Positions 58,222-64,000 of a stretch of DNA of 64,000 nucleotides are shown here, in pieces. A model generated the notes under the pieces. It was not told the origin of the DNA, did not search any database, and saw only the letters and a list, made by a program, of their open reading frames with translations. The DNA is taken from contig CT868063.1 of assembly GCA_000165425.1 (NCBI GenBank), positions 186,001 to 250,000 on the forward strand, read 5' to 3'. The stretch comes from Paramecium tetraurelia. Lineage: Eukaryota. Both the position numbers and the translations under genes were made by a program. Each line of letters starts with the position of its first letter. The stretch's first letter is position 1.

Positions 58222-61200
58222 ATGAGAATGTATGCCCTATTTGTGCTGTTGATGTACGCCACAGCATTGAATTTCGAGGCATCTTTGATGTCCCACACTT
58301 TAGCAGAAGTAGACGCTTTAGACACTTCGCAATTGAATTGTTAAACTCCACGATCTCATTTTGAAGATTTGGAATAAACTTTAACTCAATGGTAGTAAGT
58401 TTTGGAGAACAAGGAGCGCATCCCTTCACATATTGAGACTCTAACATAAATGAAGCATCTAATTAAACATAAAAAGTATGAGCAACTAGTTGAAAAGATT
58501 AAAGATTTAGATCTCATTTCACCTCCTGTACTTTCTGAATTATAAAACAAATTATAAGGATTGCAATCTCATGGTAAATAAATAATTCAATTTTTATAGA
58601 CAGACATGAAAGAGAAGAGTGTACAGAAACTTTAACAAAATTGTGTGCTTATCTTATTAAATAAATGAATAATGTTCACTAATAATGCCAATAATCACCA
58701 GTTACAGTCATTAAAGTCAAAGGTAAGATCGAGGATCTCAAGATTATATAATCTGGATGCTAATAATCATGTCAACCAACTTGTCCAGATGAGCCTGCTC
58801 CAGAAACACCCTCAGAAGCTCCAAGCGAAGAATTTACTGAAGAGCCAGTTGAAGAAGGTGTTCCTCCAACAACTCCTGATGATGAACCAACTCCAGATGA
58901 TAAACCAACACCCGATGATGAACCTACTCCAGATGATAAACCAACCCCAGATGAGCCTATAGTACCTTAAGACGAGGAAGGTCCAACTGATGAACCACCT
59001 GTTAATCCAAATACCGAAGAATCACCTGATTAACCAACAGTGGCAGAAGAGGGAACAGAAGAATGGACTATTCCAGGAGAAGAACCAGAAGAACCAAAAG
59101 CAGTACCAACTACACCTGATTAACCAGAGGAAGATCAAGAAGAATCTTCAAATCCACCTGTCTCCCCTGAACCTCTAGTATTCCCAGAGGAATAAGAAGA
59201 ATCATTCGGTTTTGAAGAAACTCCTCTTCCACCAGTTTCTCCTGATCCTTTAGTGTTCCCAGAAGAAGAGGAGGAATCATTCGGTTTTGAAGAAACTCCC
59301 CTTCCACCTGTTACTCCTGATGTTGTAGTATTTCCAGAAGAAGAGGAAGAATCATTCGGTTTTGAAGAAACACCTCTTCCACCTGTTAATCATGATCCAT
59401 TAGTGTTCCCAGAAGAAGAAGAAGAATCATTTGGTTTTGAAGAAACACCACATCCACGTATTTCTCCACTGCGTTTCCCATTTTCAGAAGAACATGAAGA
59501 GATCGTTTTTGAAGAAGAACAAGAAGAATAAGATCCAATTATTTGCCAATCATCTGAATCTACAGATATTATAGAGTTGACAGCTACTTAAGTTGACCCT
59601 GGATTTAGTAGCACACTTACAATTGCAGGTGAATATGGTTTTGGTTTATACTTCTAAAGATTGTAAAAATATCCAGCATTTGCTGAGGGTGATGAATTCC
59701 ATTTAGCCAGTTTATAAGATAATGGAAACACAGTTTTGGGAGTATTTGTAACTAATACAGGTGTTAAATGTGTTACTGTTGATGGATCTACACATTAATC
59801 TACATCTGTATCCAATAGTGACTTTGAAGGTGAATGGAGCTTTGTATTCATCAGTCATGGTTAAGGAGTTACTGGATGTGCAGTCAAGTTCTTTGAAGAA
59901 TTACCAGCATTGAGATCAACTCCTGCTTCCCATGCAACTTACACTAGTTTAGACTTCAAGGTTGGTGGACCATAAGATTCTCATCCATCATTCTAAGGAA
60001 AAGTATATGGACAGTTTGCATCTTCAGTATCAAATCTACACTTCAACAGTTAAAGATAATATAATTTACTTGTTGATTCATGCAATAGTCCACCAGAAGT
60101 AGAACTTTGTGAATTATATACTGATGAATTAGGAGATTATCAATTCTATGGATTTGAGGATACATCTGATGAAATATTTGAGTTTTCAACTTGGGATGCT
60201 GGTTACGCTGTTTCTGGTTGGTTGAAATGGGAAACCTTAGAAGATCAAGATGTTTGGCACACTGTCTTCAGATTATCTGAAAATGCAGATGCTGATTTGG
60301 AAGAGATTAAATTAGGAGACAGAGATTTGGCTGTTTTTCTTGGTAATGAATTGGTTGGAGGTGCATTTTAATTTTCTACTTACACATATTCAGGATCTGG
60401 TAATCCTAATTTATGGGATAATATTTAATATACAAATACATTGGGTTAATGGCATCATATTTACTTTGGATACAACAGACTTTAAAGAATAGCTAGTTTT
60501 ACACTTTATTTAATGGAAGACCAATTGATTGGAGCAAATTAACTTCTTGATGCTCGCCATTATCTTGTTCCTTGGAGGAGACTTTATATTGGGTAATGAT
60601 GGTTTATACCCTGCCTTTCAATGGGTAATTCTATAATTGGCGAGTCAATCGTTGTATTGGTGACGCTGCTCGTGATGTTGTACTGACACCAGATGATATC
60701 CCTTTTGGATATAATCCTCAACCTGTAATTCCTGAAAGTCGTGCAGCTCCATAAATTGAAACTTTTGCATCTCCTGAAGAAGAACAACCATATTGGGGAG
60801 AAGAAGAATAAGAATTTGTTCCTGTTACACCAGATGCTGTTCCAAATGTTTTCCCTGAGGAGAAGAACAACCATATTGGCCAGAAGAAGAGGAAGAGTTT
60901 GTTCCTCCTGCTCAAAGATTTGCATCCCCTGAGGAAGAACAACCATATTGGGGAGAGGAAGAATAAGAATTCGTCCCACCACCTGTTAGTCCTCCAGTTA
61001 TTCCTGATGAAATTTAACCAGAACCATTACCTGAGCCTGAACCATAACCAGAACCTGAGGCTGCTCCTGCCCCTGCACCTAAACCAGCTCCAGGACCAGC
61101 TCCTCCTTCTGAACCTCAAGTTCCAGTTGTCAAAGAGTATTAAATATTTGCTTATGTATTTTTAGATGTGAAGCAACAATTGATGTCACTAAAGAAAATG

Positions 61201-61430
61201 CTGCAGATATATTGTGTGCTATCTCAGAGTATTTGGCTTAATTAGCATCTGGCCATGTTCCAGAATTAGGTATCAATCCATCAAGAGTTTGTTTCTGTTT
61301 GCAATATGATGATAGTAATATTAGTGTATATAATGCAATAGGCGAGTCCAATGAATCCTTCATGCAAGTCGAGGCCATTCTTAAAGAAAATGATGCTTTT
61401 ACTATTAATAAATTAGTTGCCTAAAGATGA
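58222..61430 (+). CDS. secreted acidic Pro/Glu-rich repeat protein with a ConA/LamG-like module; frame breaks at ~60590-60865
   Basis: Signal peptide MRMYALFVLLMYATA; Cys-containing helical N-domain; tandem repeats; YAVSGWLKW...LGDRDLAVF...FSTY...WHHIYFGY beta-sandwich-like module. Confidence 0.7.
58871..58955 (+). repeat. 18-bp coding tandem repeat (TPDD[E/K]P) x ~5
   Basis: actcctgatgatgaacca-like units read directly from the sequence. Confidence 0.85.
59178..59480 (+). repeat. 75-bp coding tandem repeat (VFPEEEEESFGFEETPLPPVxPDxx) x4
   Basis: Units start at 59178, 59253, 59328 and 59403; differences are mostly synonymous. Confidence 0.9.
60770..60980 (+). repeat. coding repeat PEEEQPYW(G/P)EEE(Q/E)EFVP x3
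   Basis: gaagaacaaccatattgg recurs three times. Confidence 0.85.
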
Positions 61431-61455
61431 ATTTGATTTAAAATAATAAAACATC

Positions 61456-62715
61456 ATGAATTTATTAATATACGTGTTTCTAATCTCTTTCGTCAAATGT
61501 TTTGAATCAACATGCAAATACTTACACGTTTCAACTGACATTGATAAAAGCAAAGACGATATAATCAAAGCAGGTGTACCAGCCAGACAGTGGGTATTGG
61601 AAGCAGGTATAATAATTCTATCATATAAATAGACACATTTCAATTGGTGAATAACTCCGTTCAAATGGACTACTTATATGTCTCTATGGACAACAAGATC
61701 TAATTAACATAAGACATGGTGCAGTTGGAATTTGATGATCATTATTTTGCAAACAGTACACTTAACATAGAGCATCATTAAAACAATGTCTTTTCATTGA
61801 AAATTGATTACAGATGTAAATAATACGGCGGTAGATTGATTCAGTATGAAGTGATATTTAATATACCATCTTGTGGATCTGCTAAAATTTATTGGTAAAA
61901 ATTATGTGGAAGTCCTTTGATAAAACGCCATGGATTAAATGTGGATGCACTTATTAAGTCATACAATTAAACAGTTGTTAAGGATGGAGAATTGGTAAAC
62001 AAAGCTTATTGGGACAAGGACTTTGATAATTTTGTTTTCACAGTTCCAGCCAATCTGAATTACTCCATCTTTTACGTTTATATGAATCTAACTAAGAACA
62101 GCGATGAAGAAAACATTTTGAATAAGGAGGAAACAAAAGATTTCTTTAAAGAAGTTGATTAATCGAAATCAGAAGCAGAAACAACATAGGAAGAATTTCA
62201 AGTTTTGGAAGCAATACTAAAATTAATACCAGAAGTGCATATCTCTCCTCCATATGTTGATGCAGATCATACTATTACGAAACCAATTATAAGAGGCGAT
62301 TTATTTAAAGGTGGAGTTGTAACAGATGAGCCCTCAACTTTAATTGTAGAATACAACTGTGTTGAAAATGGAAATACCACTATAGAATTAAATATTCCTT
62401 TGTAGTATTTCTAAGATATTACTATGGTATTTTAAAAGCAATGTGTAGTTTCCGCATAAAGTTCATTGTAATAGTTCTTTAAATATTATTAGTTCAACTT
62501 TATCATTTTTATTTTATTTGATCTGTTTTGCAGTTGCAGGGTTTATGCTGTATACATTTGAAGTACATAAAATGAGTTTAAGTGATATTTTGAGAACCTT
62601 TCAACAACGATAGAGATTCAATTACAAGGCAACTGGAAAGGATGAAGATATTGAATCTGAATTCAAAATAGGAAGATTAGTTGATAATTAGGAAAGTAAA
62701 TATGGTAGCATTTGA
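61456..62715 (+). CDS. type I membrane protein with two tandem Cys-bridged lumenal domains and a C-terminal YGSI motif
   Basis: Signal peptide, internal duplication, TM FLFYLICFAVAGFMLY after a 25-nt intron, tail ending KYGSI-TGA. Confidence 0.75.
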
Positions 62716-62819
62716 TGTTTATATATATATAAATAAGCTAAGTTTTTGTTGATATTCTTATTATTTAGATATCCATCAATAAATATATATATATATCTGC
62801 TTTACTTTTTATTTATATA

Positions 62820-64000
62820 TCATTAATCATCCTAATCAACTGGTAAATTGGTTAAATCTAAGTCATTTCCTGTTATTTTTCTGTAAGCATTCAACACTTA
62901 TTAAGTTTCACCTTCAAAATGGGATTATGGATCGAATGAACTTGAAATGTAGATGTTATCCTTGGATCCATCATCAGTTGGAACATAAACATCAGAAACC
63001 TTTTAATATTTATAATTAAAATTACAGTGACGAATTTCTCCAAGACTGGTCCGACGATTTCAAATGCGGGTTCTAATTCCTTTTCTGGATTATTGGTTTC
63101 CACATTGGTACTCAAAATGGCAATGAAGAATCCTTTCTTGCAAACATTATGAACATCACTAACCATCATAACATAAATATCTAATCTAATAAAAATAATA
63201 TATCTACCATTCTTTCTGCCTGTTTATCTTTATGGAATGATAACTTGAACTGATGGTAAATTCTTTGTATTTGGAATTGGGTGATTGAGAATGCAAATGC
63301 ATCTGACAATCTTTCCGATAGATTTAACTTTATTTGATAATTTTGCTTTTAATGCATATGATGGATCAGCAATAATCATCTTGCAATTAATTTATTCTAT
63401 TCCCATCAACTCCTTGACTTTCTCTGATTTTAATCCACATACCTAAATTAAATATTTTTTTATACTTTTCCTTCTCCATCAAAGAGCACTTCATCCAAAT
63501 CAGCATTCAACATAAATGTACCACCATTTACAGCAGCCATTCTAGAGAATCCTTCTGGAATACCTCCCAATCCGTAAATTGGATAGATGAATGGACTATC
63601 ACCATATCTTCCAATACTATCCATATACAATTTGATCTTCTCAATTGTTTAAATTGCTGGCTTATCTAAGAATAGATCATTTGAGAATAATGCAACAGCA
63701 TGACCAATGAAATCAATTGTATTTGGCTCTAATTCGAATTTCTTAAGCAATTGAGCACATGACATTTGATTCAGATTCAAACCTATGATATTAATTCACA
63801 TTTTACCATCATGAGTCTTGGGGTTGCTTGCTTCATAATTGGACACATAAGCCAAGAATTTCTAGCATCTTCTCTTTTCAAACATTCCCATCAAGTCAGA
63901 TTTAAGGGCTTCTGAAGCTGTTGCTGGAACCTAAACTTCTTATATTAATATTTACTTTCTCGATTTTGCCACCTCCCTTGCTAAACAGACCTGGCTCCTT
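62820..64000 (-). CDS. GDI: Rab GDP-dissociation inhibitor (5' end outside the window)
   Basis: VPATASEALKSDLMGMFEKRR, DFIGHAVAL, YGDSPFIYPIYGLGGIPEGFSR, GGTFMLN, QVIIPQ, STNVET. Confidence 0.95.

Noticed and set aside
59178..59480. Regularly spaced repeats as a CRISPR-like array
   Set aside because: The units are in-frame 75-bp coding repeats with synonymous variation and no unique spacers, in a eukaryotic gene with no cas genes.
59110..60982. Overlapping antisense or alternate-frame ORFs over the repeat protein
   Set aside because: They are by-products of repetitive, relatively GC-richer coding sequence and show no independent motifs.

Overview
AT-rich, gene-dense eukaryotic DNA of a ciliate macronuclear chromosome, most likely Paramecium (inferred from genetic code, intron size and gene compaction). 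TAA/TAG are read as Gln, TGA is the only stop, introns are 20-30 nt GT..AG, and many intergenic gaps are only 19-45 bp. The supplied standard-code ORF track therefore only shows fragments; I re-read the genes by eye in translation table 6, so boundaries are manual. About 35 protein-coding genes are present: BRO1-domain, CFAP20DC, AGC, Aurora-like, ULK-like and DYRKP-type kinases, alpha/beta hydrolase, cNMP-binding, TBC RabGAP, HSF, METTL13, ACL4, mitochondrial Lon, CTD-small-phosphatase, ISCA1, NT-C2, tepsin-like, CFAP221, SOS1/SLC9C-like Na+/H+ exchanger, RAP-domain, YME1/FtsH, Rab GDI and several lineage-specific proteins. There are three clear pseudogenes (PP2C-like, MFS, CBS). I found no RNA genes, mobile elements, telomeric repeats or CRISPR. 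The most interesting items are a type I membrane protein with a tandem uncharacterised Cys-bridged (WIF-like?) domain and a YGSI tail, 25 bp downstream of a secreted Pro/Glu-repeat protein; a tepsin homologue lacking its ENTH domain; a 'plant-type' DYRKP kinase; a DEG/ENaC-like two-TM protein; and several local frameshifts in otherwise intact genes. I do not see a clearly defined new multi-gene system.
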